Of a stretch of DNA of 64,000 nt, positions 26,614-38,457 are shown piece after piece. A program made the position numbers and the translations under genes. The DNA lies in NCBI GenBank assembly GCA_013265495.1, contig MU058531.1, positions 3,844,911-3,908,910 of the forward strand. The letters are read 5' to 3'. The notes under the pieces were generated by a model. It worked only from the letters and a program-made list of their open reading frames with translations. It searched no databases and had not been told where the DNA came from. Each line of letters starts with the position of its first letter. Position 1 is the first letter of the stretch. The stretch is from Vicugna vicugna (lineage: Eukaryota).

Positions 26614-28306
26614 GTAATTAAAATTACTTTCCTAAGATACTTCAGGGGACAAGAAATGTTTTTGCAACCAGTTGGAACTTACATGGTGCTCACTCAGGGG
26701 CTGCTAGAATTGCACTTTGTTCATGATTACAAACACCACTCCCAGTGCCCATGCACTTTCCACTCACTCATCGTACATCTGCCTTATTGAAAGTCTGGGG
26801 AGGTGACCCAGTTCTTCCAAAGTGAGAAAGCTCAAAAATAGGTAGATTGAATTCTGCCTCTAGATGTATCACTGAGCTACCCACAAGCTCTTCTTAGCAG
26901 GTGAAACTCATCTAGACTTTTTTTGCCTGCCATGTATTTTTTATATGATATCCCTCACTTCCCAGGCTTCCCAGAATGATGCCAAAGAGGCTAACATCCT
27001 ACTTGGGAAGGGAGGTTAGTAAACAGATCAATGTAATTCATTAAGCATAGTGTTGTGAGAGAGGAGCGCACAGGCTGCCAGGAGACCAAGAGGGAAGCTA
27101 CCTCCTTTCTGGTCACTCATACCCCACAGTGAGGCCTAAAATGGGTAAGCAACATTCCAACAGCAGAATGGTAATTTAACCTGCACCACAGAGGACATGG
27201 AGCAAGGGAAAAAGAGAGAGCAAGGCACTTTTATAGGAGCAGGACATTTCCTGTAGTTTGAGAAGGTCAGAAACTCCCAACAAATTGTGGTGTAAGGAAG
27301 TTCTTCGGAATGTGGCAGGATACTGTGCAGTGGTTCCAGAGCACCATGATCTTCCTCCACTCTTGATCAGAGGTCTTGGATGTTGGGTCTTCATGGCTAC
27401 AGCGTGTGCTGATTTCTGACTACAGAACCACTTTTATTTATTCAGTGGTTTTTGATGCCTGCTTTGGGTCTTGCTCTGAATATACCGAGATGTCAAGGAC
27501 TGAGCCCTCTCCAAGGAATGCACATTTCAGCATAGCAGAAAAATAAATAAGCAGAGAATTTCAACTCAAGGTGATCTGTGCTTCAATTGAAGTGTGAGAG
27601 TGATGCTGAGGAAAACCCAGGGTGGGCAAAATTCTGTTGCCTGTGAAGATCACAAAGATCGTAAAGAGGAAATGACATGGGACCTAGGTCCTGAAGGAAG
27701 TATAAGAGAAGTGCATCTTAGCCAAATGGAACAGCACAAGACAAAGCTAGAAACTCCAGGTATGTTAGGAATTGATGAGTGGATATGGCTAGTGCTGAGA
27801 CTAGAGGGTATGAAGAATGGAAGGAATGATAGGGAACATCAGACTGGGAACAAAATATGAAGGACCAGTTTAATCCATATTTGGACCTCATCCCATGGAA
27901 CAGATGGGAGAGACATTTAATATTTTAAAGTGGGAGAGTGACACATTTAGACACATGCTTTTAAAAGCACAGGAAGGAAAAGAATCTTTGGCTGAGTTTG
28001 GTGCCAGAGGTAGAAAGGGAAACACAGATACATGAGTTCCCACCTCTCAGTTCTACCTTCAACCTGTCTGGAGAAGCAGAGTGAGGATATTTCTACAAAG
28101 ACTGATGGAAACTGGAAATGGAAAAGAGCAGTTATAATGTGGGCATACATAATGAAATGCTTGATATAGAGCTGACACTCAAATATTTGTTGAATGAAAG
28201 GTTCTCATTAACATAATAGGTGAATAGTGAATGTGTCCATCCTTCTGTCCATCTGTCTCTTAAACCATCCTCCAGCCCTCCATCTAGTCATTCATTCATT
28301 AAATAG

Positions 28307-28561
<255 letters not shown>

Positions 28562-28891
28562 TGAAGGGCACACCATCCAGCTGCTGCTGTGCTGTTGTCT
28601 CTAATTCCCCCTCCTTTTTCTCACTACCAGGGATGATTTCTCTTGCCACTTAATCTCACATCTTCCCATTCCATCAATATCCACTGAACATCCAGCCTCC
28701 ATTGTACGTGAGATTCCTGAATTTTATTGAATAAATGTATGTGCTGTTCTTTTTAGTCTGTAACACTTCTTTTGGCCACCACAAATGCTAACACTTATCT
28801 AATATTGACTTAGTACTATGTTATCACTGTGAAAGAGAGAAGAATGAGGAGTGTAAGCCAGTACACAGCCATTTGTCCTCTGCATGTTCTA

Positions 28892-28897
28892 AATAAA
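28892..28897 (+). terminator. Probable poly(A) signal of unit 1
   Basis: AATAAA in 'catgttctaaataaaaag', about 330 nt after the stop. The same context is conserved in unit 2 (catgttgtaaataaaaaa, ~51670). An alternative AATAAA lies at 28730. Confidence 0.6.
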
Positions 28898-30169
28898 AAG
28901 CCTCAGTATTTGCTGGGCCTGTTCTCAAACTTTCCTTCTTTGTACATAATACAGGTAAGAAAAGGAAGAAAATAGAGCCCAAGAGGCCTTACTTGTCCTT
29001 TATGATGAGCACTGAGAGGGACATAGGGGAATGGGCCAGAAAAACTCTCTTGGCTGAGTGTCTCCTACAGTTACTTGAGGTTTGGATTTGAAAGTGAGAG
29101 AAATTATATTCAGGAGCAGCTCCAACCTGTAGGGAAACAATGAGAAGATCAGCAATGGGAGGAATGAACAATAAGGGTTGGAACTCATTTCTTGGCTTTG
29201 GTGTCACTGTGAATGCTAATTAAAGACATACCATGTTCTCATTACTACATGTTTCAAGGTTACAGTCAAATATTATCATATGCTTTCATATTTCTAATAA
29301 CATCTTCTAAATGTTATTCTTTTCTTCCTGAATGAGAACAAAACCCCTGCAAGGCATCAGCAAATTCTATTTTTTATACCTTCTTTCACACTGTTTTATA
29401 TTTAATGTAAGAGTGATGAATAGCATGATGCTATGATCCTGAAGTCTTCAGTCTCATGTCATCTCTAAAGTGTAGATGACTGAACATTTTGTACAAGTCA
29501 AATTATTGGCATCATTTGCCTTCCTTCTGTCTTGAAGTGCGTGAAAAGAGAAGTGGTATCACCCATTCACCTTTTACTAGCTTATCTCCCAGAGAAATCC
29601 ATTTATTCTTTAGTATGCATTTTAAGTTAACACATGGATATATATGTACATAGATATCTGTACATATGTATGTGCATAAGTAAGTGGTCACAGTGATATA
29701 TATTGTGTACACACATTTGCATATGAGATGAAACATGATTCTTTACAATATTGGGTTCATACAACACATTGTTCTACAACTTGCTGTTTTTGCACTAAGT
29801 AATGTCAGGAAAACCTCTAAGTTATAAATAATTTGAAGGGACAGATTACAGAAGAGGAAATGGAAGTGATATTAAACATATGAAAAGTCTTACAAAGTGC
29901 AAATTAAAACTATATTACTTTGAACCTTCTTGGTTGGTAAATGAAAAAAAGTTTAATGTATTAGTAAATGTGTAGGATACAGGCAGTCTTATATTTGTTC
30001 TAATGTCACCTTCTCAGTGAAGTCTGAGAATCTTATTAAAACTTGTAATCTCCCCTCCATCATCACCTTTCCCATCCTTCAACTTCTGACTTCCCTTATA
30101 TAGTTTTTGGTACTTTGTATGTTTTATGTTACTGTGTCTTTCTCATAAACCTAGAAGGTAGGTAGTATT

Positions 30170-30577
30170 TGTATTAGTTTTCTCTTGTTGTTGTAACAAA
30201 TGACCACAAATTTAGTGGCTCAGAATTTCACAGATTTATTCTCTTACAATCCTGGAGTTCAAAAGTGAAATGTCACTTTCAGTGGGCTAAAATCCAGGTG
30301 TCAGCTGGGCTGCTTCCTCTGGAGGTTCTAGGAGACTGTCATTTCCCCATGTTTTTCAGCTTCTGGATACAGCCAGCATCCTTTGGCTCATGACACCTTC
30401 CTCACATGGCTCTATCCTCTTGCTTATCTCCTAGTACTTACGCTAATCTCCCTGTCTTCCTCTTACAATGACCCTGTAAATACATTTGGTCCACCTGGGT
30501 GATTTACCTCCTCATCTTACTGTCCTTAACATAATTATATTTGCAAAGTCCCTCTTACCATTTAAAGTGAGTTATTT
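30170..30577 (-). mobile_element. MaLR LTR (MLT1-like)
   Basis: Starts tgtattagttttc...gtaacaaatgaccacaaatttagtggc, typical of an MLT1 in antisense. Confidence 0.8.
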
Positions 30578-31569
30578 TATTATTTGTTATCAGAAATAAT
30601 CTTTATCAAGATTAATCTGTAACCATAATGAAAAGCATAGTGTCCAGTTGTGCCTTGAAAGAGCAAGTATAAATACATGGCCATTTTAGATGAGAAAGGA
30701 TATGAAAACAGATTTATTTCAGGTACACCTTTCCTTTTAGAAATGGCCTTTAACATCTTGCTCATTTGAGGGGCATTGGAGCCTTCTGATGGGAGCTGAG
30801 TGTACAGTTTAGTTAGTTTTGACAAACACCAACACCTGAGTAACCACACCCTATCAAGCTATAGAACAATCCCAACCCCCTGACATGTTCCCTCACCTCC
30901 TTTCTGGTCAATCCCCAACCTTAGAAGCAACCAGTGTTCTAATTTCTAGCACGATACATTAGTTTTACGTCTTTAGGACCTTTATAGAAATAGACATTTT
31001 TGAATGATGAAATTGGTTCATGCAAATACCATACTTAAGAGATTTTTAAAGTTATCTTTTTAAACCACTGAAGAAAATCTAGTTTTGGAAGCCTGCTAAG
31101 TTGATTACGAGCTTAGTCATAATTCACCCAGCATATGCTACTACACTTATATGGCAGAAAAGTAGATATGAGTATCTTACAGCTAATAACCTTTAAAAAA
31201 TAAATTGTCACTGGAAGTCTAGGTGTGGTGTACATCTGTTTGTTTTAGAGAAACACTTCAGTTAACTTTCATTTTATATAAGCCCGAATGGAATTTGGGG
31301 ATTTTTTCCTTGTTAAAAGATAATTAATATGGAATTTGGGATAATCACATTAATAATTGGGATAATTAATATGAATACTTCCTGCAGGGGTTGAGGAACT
31401 TCTTAAATCCTAAAACTCTTTTTGAGCATTTGCTTTCTCTTTAATCTGTATGTTTATTCAGTAAATATTTGCTGAACAATTAGTTCCTGCATACAGGGCC
31501 TGGACTAGGAATTAAGTGTCTTTTTTTCCTGCACATTTTCCTTAGATATCATTTTCTATTTATCTAGAT

Positions 31570-31945
31570 GTCCATGTTCTAATCCCCAGGACCAGTGAAT
31601 AACTCATTTTAAACAGTCAGATGGAATTTGCAAATATAATTAATTTAAGGAAATTAAGATGAAGAGGTAATCCTAAATTATCCAAGTGGACCAAATGTAT
31701 TCACAAAGTCCTTGTAAGAGGAAGGCAAGGAGATCAGTGTAAGTACTAGGAGGTAAGCAAGAGTATGGAGCAATGTGAAGATGGTGTCATGAGCCAAAGG
31801 TTGCTGGCTGCATCCAGAAGCTGAAAAACATGGGGAAATAGACTGTCTTCTAGAACCTCTAGAGGAAGCAGCCCTGCTGACTCCTTAATTTTATTCCAGT
31901 GAAAGTGTTACTGCACCTTTGAACTCCAGAATTCTAAGAGAATAA
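31570..31945 (+). mobile_element. MaLR LTR (MLT1-like), inverted relative to 30170-30577
   Basis: gtccatgttctaatcccc...gcagccctgctgac...actccagaattctaagagaataa. Confidence 0.8.
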
Positions 31946-32439
31946 TCTTTAAGTGTGAAGGACTAATAAGGACTTTCAGTCAAACAATATTGAGTGAATT
32001 TGTCTCTAATTTTGCCTTACAAGGAATATTAGAATTTCTTCAGAGAGAAGAAAAATAATATACATAAAAACTTTAATCTGCATAAACAAGGGAGGTGCAT
32101 CCCAGAAGAAACAATGGAAGGTAACATAACCATTTTATTTTTATTACTCTTGATTTATGTAACAGGATAGTTTATTTGCAATAATAATAGAAATAATATA
32201 TTTTTTGATTATAGAATGTGAATAAATGAAATATGAGAGCAAAGATATTAGTGATGGTAGGGAGTATTTAAGTATACTTTCTCTTACGAGATACTTGCAC
32301 TTCATATGAAGCGCTATTGGCTTATTTGAAAATGGACTTGGGTTAGTTGTAAATGTATATTTCAGACTCTAGGGAAATCTCCAAAAATGAAGCAATAAAA
32401 AGTAAGTATAAGTAATATGTTGAGAAAGGAGAGGAGTTG

Positions 32440-35400
32440 AGTGATGTCAGAAGCACAGTGGCATAAAACATTCTTCCTTTGTCTACTCCCTTTAAATAAA
32501 TAATTAGCGATCCATCCATGAACAAAAGTGATTTAGTGGGACTATGGGACCCAGAACCCTAAGCCAAGAAATCTGGGAGACCTCTTGCCTACCTTTGTAT
32601 CTGGAAATAGACAGACAGACCTCAATAAAGGCTGAAGATTTAAGGTAGTTAGTGAACCTGCCCCATCCCCTTCTGGCTGAAGTCAGGAGAATGTTGACCT
32701 GAGCAGATACCTCTGGGTGAGGGAGAATTTGTCAAATCTAGTCTGTTTGGAGAGGAGATTCTACCAGTTGGCAGCTTCTCCTGCAGAGAAATTAGAAATC
32801 AGTAAGTGTGTGCCTGGCTACCCTCATTGTGTGGATTGCATCTGGAGAAGCTTAGCACCCAGAGTACTAAGGCAGGACTTCCATGACTGGGGGCTGGGAA
32901 GAGAAAGGAAAAGAAGTATAATTTCAAAGGGCATTAAAGGGACACGGTCCCTGCTGACTACTTCAAGACTTCAGAAAGAAGTCTGCATAGAAACCTTGAG
33001 GAGTAACCCACCTGAGGATCTCCCCACAGGTTCTGCAGGCATTACCAATTCCTGGAGTGCTAAACCCACATGTCCTCCTCCTTTGCAACTGGAGTCTGCT
33101 CCTGATATTGGTGGTGAGAGCAAATCCAGAAATTACAGTGGTCTCAGAAAAACAGACCAGGGTTTTTGGCAAGAAGGAAACTATAAACTAGAGCTACAGT
33201 GCTATCAACTGGAAAACCAAAAAGAAGTTTCCAGCAGTCCATCTAGTTAGTTTTAAGAGGAGAAAATACAGAAGATTAAGAATTCTACTGCACAAGGGAG
33301 CAAAAAAGAGTGTATGTTTTCTCCATTCAAAACCTAGGAAATCCCAGATATAGCAACACCAAGGAGCAATACAACCATCTGAAGACAACCAGTTAAGATT
33401 TAAGGAAGTTTCTGCTATTTCATACGTGAAAGCAGCAAAGCAAAACTATAAAGAACATGAAAAATCAATAAAATAGGTCACTGCCAAAAGCTATCATTAA
33501 TTCTTTAACACGTGAGTTCAAATCTATGGAATATTGTGATCTAGCCAACAAAGAATTCAAAATAGCTGTTTTGGAAAAAATTCACTATCTACAAGAAAAC
33601 TCATAAATTATGACAGTTCAATGATACAAAAAAACCCCAAATGAGCTCTTTATCAAAGAGATGAAAATCTTAAAAAGAAAAACAAAACAATTCTGGAGCT
33701 GAAGAATTCAGTGGATGAGTTGAAGAATGCAATAGAGAGCGTAAGTAATAGAGTAGAGCAAATGGAAGATAGAATAGGTGAGTTAGGAGGTAGGAATTTT
33801 GAAATAACACAGAAGAGAACAAAGAAAATGGAATAAAAAAGAGCAAAGAAATTTTGTGTGGTCAGCTGGATTCCACCAAAAGAATAAAATCAGAATAATA
33901 AGGGCGCCAAATGGAGAAGATAGGAAGAAGGGGTAGAAAGTTTATTTAAAGAAAAATGCCTTGAAAATTTCCTAACTTGTGGAAAGCCTTCTGCATCCAA
34001 GTTTATGAGGCTAATATTATTCTATTATCTCAATACCAAAAGACTTTCTTTAAGGCACATTGTATTGAAACTAAAAAAAAAAAAAAAAGAATCCTAAAGT
34101 CATCCAGGGAATGAAAGTGTGTAACCTACAAAGGAACCCCCATTATGCTATCATTAGGTTTCTCAGCATAAATCTTACAAGCCAAGAAAAGAGTGGGCTG
34201 ACATATTCCAATTGTTGAAAGATAAAAATTCCAGCCAGGAATACTCTATATAGGAAAGTTATCCTTTAGATATAAAGGAGAAATAAAGGCTTTCTGAGAT
34301 GAACAGAAGATGAGGGAGTTCATCATCACTAGACTTGCCTGGTCAGAAATGCTGAAAAGAGATCTTCAAGCTGAAATGAAAAGTCATATTTAGAAAACTC
34401 TAATTATATAATAGGATGGTGTGTTAAACACTCAACTATAGAATAAAGGTTGTAGAAAAAGAGTATATAATATAAACATATTTACATATAAAACATGACA
34501 GTTATATAATAGAGTATTATATATGAAGTATGTAATATAAGTATACAAATACAAATGTGTGAAATCTGGGTATTTTGTTAAGGAATATACAGTTTAAAGT
34601 AAATTGTGACATCAAAAATATAAAAGGGGGTTAAAGGTTTGGATTTTCATAGGCAATTTACAATAGCTTGTGATCAGCATAAAGTGGACAAAATGTTTTA
34701 TCTATGGGACACTTTATTTAAGCTTCCAGATAGCCACAATGTAAAAATCTGGAGTATATTCACAAAAAATACTAAAGGAGAAATAGTGCATACCACCAAA
34801 GAAAATCACCAATTTACAAAATAGGCAGAAACAAAGTGAAAAAGAAAAATAGAAACACTAAATAACCAGAGCAGTTACTGAGATAGAGTTAGTAAGTCCT
34901 TATATATCAATAATAATCTAAATGTAAGTAGACTAAAATCATCAAAGGGCACAGAGTGGCTGGATGAATTAAAAAAGACAAGACCCAACTGTGTACTGCC
35001 TATGATTTAAGGAACTTTAAACTTTAAGGAACACATATGCTCAAAAGTAAAAGGATGGAAAAAGATGTTCTATGCAGAGGAAATTAAAAAAAAACTGAGA
35101 GTAGCTATACTTGTATAAGACAAAGCAGATTTTAAGCCAATAATGTAACAAGAGACAAGTTCATTATGTAATGATAAAGGGCTCAACTCACTAAGAAGGT
35201 ATAAGAATTGTTAATATATAATCACCCAGTATTCGAGCACCTAAATATATTAAGCAAATACTAACAGATCTGAAGGGAGAAATAGGCAGCAGTACAATAA
35301 TAGTAGGAGAATTCAGTACCCCACTTTCAGCAATGTATGTATCATACAGACAGAAAATAAGTGGAGGACTTAAGCCATACGTACCAAATGGACCTGACAT

Positions 35401-38295
35401 ACCCGGGTAAATTTTCCAACCAACAGCAGCAGAATACACGTTCTTTTCAAGTGCAAAAGGAACATCCTCCAGGATATATCATATGATAAGACACAAGACA
35501 AGTCATAGCAAATTTTAAAAGATTGAATTTATAGCAGGTATCTTTTACCTGCAGTGGTATGAAAATAGATATCAACAAAGAGAGGAAAACTAGAAAATTT
35601 ATAAACACGTGGAAACCAAACGACAATCTTCTGAACAACAAACAGGTGAAAGAAAAAATCAAAAGAAATCAAAACCATCTCTATATAAATGAAAATGGAA
35701 ACATAACACCAAAACTATGGGGTGTTCCAGAAGCAGTTCTGAGAGGGAAGTTTAAGCAGTAAATGCTCATAGTAAGAAATTAGAAAGATACCAGATAAAC
35801 AACCTAAATTACACATCAAGGAGCTAAAAAAGAACAAATTAAGCCCCATGGAAGCAGAAGTGAGGAAATAGTGAAGATTAGAGCAGAAATCTGTTTACAT
35901 GAAAAGGCACTTGACAAAGTGAAAGTTGTTTTTCATGATAAAAATCTTCAAAAGATTGGGTATAGTAGGAACAGACTCAACATAATAAAGGCCATATACA
36001 ACATGTACAGTCAACATTATAATTAAGAGGAAAAGGTTGAAAACTTTAATATCAGGAACAAGGCAAGTACGTCTACTCTCACCACTCCTATTCAACAGAG
36101 TAATAAAACTCCTAGCCAGAGCAATTAGGCAAGAAAATGAAACAAAAGGCATCAAAATCGAAGAGGAAGGCATAAAATTGTTACTTGCAGGTGACACGAT
36201 TTTATATATAGAAAATTCCAGACTCAACAAAAAACTCTTGGAGCTAATCAACAAATTCAGTAAAGTTGCAGGATATAAAATTAACATACAGATATCAGTT
36301 GCATTTCTTTACACTAACAATGAAACATCTGAAAAAGAAATAAGGAAAATGTAGCAATAGTATCAAATATAATAAAATACCTAAGAATAAATTTAACCAA
36401 GAAAGTGAAAGATCTGTATGATGACAAGTATAAAACTTGGTTGAAAGAAAGTGAATAAGACAAAAAATCAAAAGACGTCCTGTGTTCATAGATTGGAAAC
36501 ACTAACATTGTTAAAATGTCCAAAATATCCAAACTTGTCTGTAGACTGAATACAATCCCTGTGAAAATTCCAATGACATTTTCCACAGAAATAGAAAAGC
36601 CCTGCCAAAATTGTATGCAACCAGACGAACCTGAATAGCCAAAACCTTGAGAAAGAAGAGCAAAGCCAGAGATATTACACTTTCTGATCTTGAACTATAC
36701 TATAGATCTATAGTAATTAAAACAGTATTGGACTGGCATAAAATATTGTTAAAATGTGTATACTTCCCAAAGCAATCTATAGATTTAAAGCAATTCCTAT
36801 CAAAATACCCTTCAGATCTTCCACAGAACTAGAACAAACAATCCTGAAATTCATATGCAACTACAGAAGACCACAAATTGGGAAAGCAATATTCAGAAAA
36901 AAGAATAAAGCTGGAGATATCACTTTCTCAAACTTCAAACCATACTACAAAAGCTACAGTAATCAATAATACAGCATGGTACTGGCATAAAAACAGAGTA
37001 AAGAACAAAATAGCTCAGAAATAAACCCATGTATATATGGTCAGTTAATCTATGACACAGAGGCAGGAATATACAATGGTGAAAAGACAGTTGCTTCAAT
37101 AAGTGGTACTGGGAAAACTGGGCAGCTACATGTAAAACACTGAAATTAGAACACTTCCTCACACCACATTAAAAAAAAAAACTCAAAATGGATTACAGAC
37201 CTAAATGTAAGACCAGAAACCATAAAAGTCCTGGAATAAAACAGAACACTTTTTGACCTAAATTGGAGCAATACTTTTTTGGTATCTCTCTCTTAAGGCA
37301 AAAGAAATAAAAGCAAAAGTAAACATTTGAGTCCTAATTAAACTTAAATGCTTTTGCAGAGCAAAGGAAACCATTGACAGAATGAAAAGACAACCTTCAG
37401 AATGAGAGAAAATATTTGTAAATGATATGACTGATAAGGGGTTAATATTCCAAAATATTTAAACTATTTATACAACTTAGTACCAAACAAGCAACCTTAT
37501 TTAAAAATGGCAGATCTGAATAGATTTTTTTTTACTACTACTAATGACTACCAGGCACATGAAGAGATGCTCAACAGTGGTAATCATCAGAGAAATGCAA
37601 ATCAAAACCCCAATGAGGTACCACCTCACACCTCTCAGAATGGCTATAATCAAAAAAAAGGACAAAATAACAAATGTTGGAGAGGGTGTGGAGATAATGG
37701 AACCCTTGTACACTGTTGGTGGGAATGTAAGTTGGTACAGGCACTATCAAAAACAATATGGAGGTTTCTCAAAAAGCTAAAAATAGATCTATCATATGGT
37801 CCAGCATTTCCACGGCTAGGTATATATAAATATCCAAAGAAAGAGAAAACACTAATTCGAAGAGATACATGCACCCCGTTGTTCATAACATCACTATTTA
37901 CAAATAGCCAAGATATGGAAGCAACCCAAGAGTCCATCAACAGACAAATAGGTAAAGAAGATAGGGTATGTGTATATACAATGGAGTATTACTCAGGCAT
38001 AAAAAAGAATGAATTCTGTTAATTGCAGCAAGGTAGGTGTTCCTAGATACTATGCTTACTGAAATCAGACAAAGAATGGTATCACTTATATGTGGAATCT
38101 AAAAAGATAATACAATTGAGTATATATGCAAAATAGAAACTGACAGATACAGAAAACAAACTAGTGATTACAGAAGGAGAGTAGGAAGGGGTAGGAGCAA
38201 GTTAGGGGTATGATATTAAGAGATACAAATTGCTATGTATAAAATAGATAAGCAATAGGGATATATTGTATAGCTCAGATAATTATAGCCATTAT
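32440..38295 (+). mobile_element. Degenerate LINE-1 array: 5'UTR/ORF1/ORF2 copy joined at ~36740 to a second ORF2 3' portion; the 3'UTR resumes at 41109-41250
   Basis: ORF1 and ORF2 peptides ([47 protein letters not shown]). The ORF2 segment 36500-36740 is repeated in a different version from 36741. Confidence 0.9.
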
Positions 38296-38311
38296 TGTTT
38301 TAAAAAAAATT

Positions 38312-38413
38312 TTTTTTAGCAATGGAGTATTTTTTAATTAAGGTATGTAGTTTCATTAGATATAATGCTATTCTATACTTAATAAGTTACAGTATAGTAT
38401 AAACATAGCTTTT
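38312..38413 (+). mobile_element. Tigger-like (TcMar) DNA-transposon fragment
   Basis: ttaattaaggtatgt...ataatgctatt...acttaata...tacagtatagtataaacata matches my recollection of the Tigger1 subterminal sequence. Confidence 0.55.
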
Positions 38414-38457
38414 TAAAAATTATTTTTTAATCTTAATAATTTTATTCATACTTGCAG

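Noticed and set aside
27594..27860. Conserved small protein shared with 63287-63568
   Set aside because: Peptide identity results from 100% DNA identity with no synonymous changes. The N-termini differ by a frameshift, and the location is intronic and L2-like.
32717..33250. 177-aa ORF
   Set aside because: Lies in an L1 5'UTR-like region, starts at GTG and has no recognisable domain.
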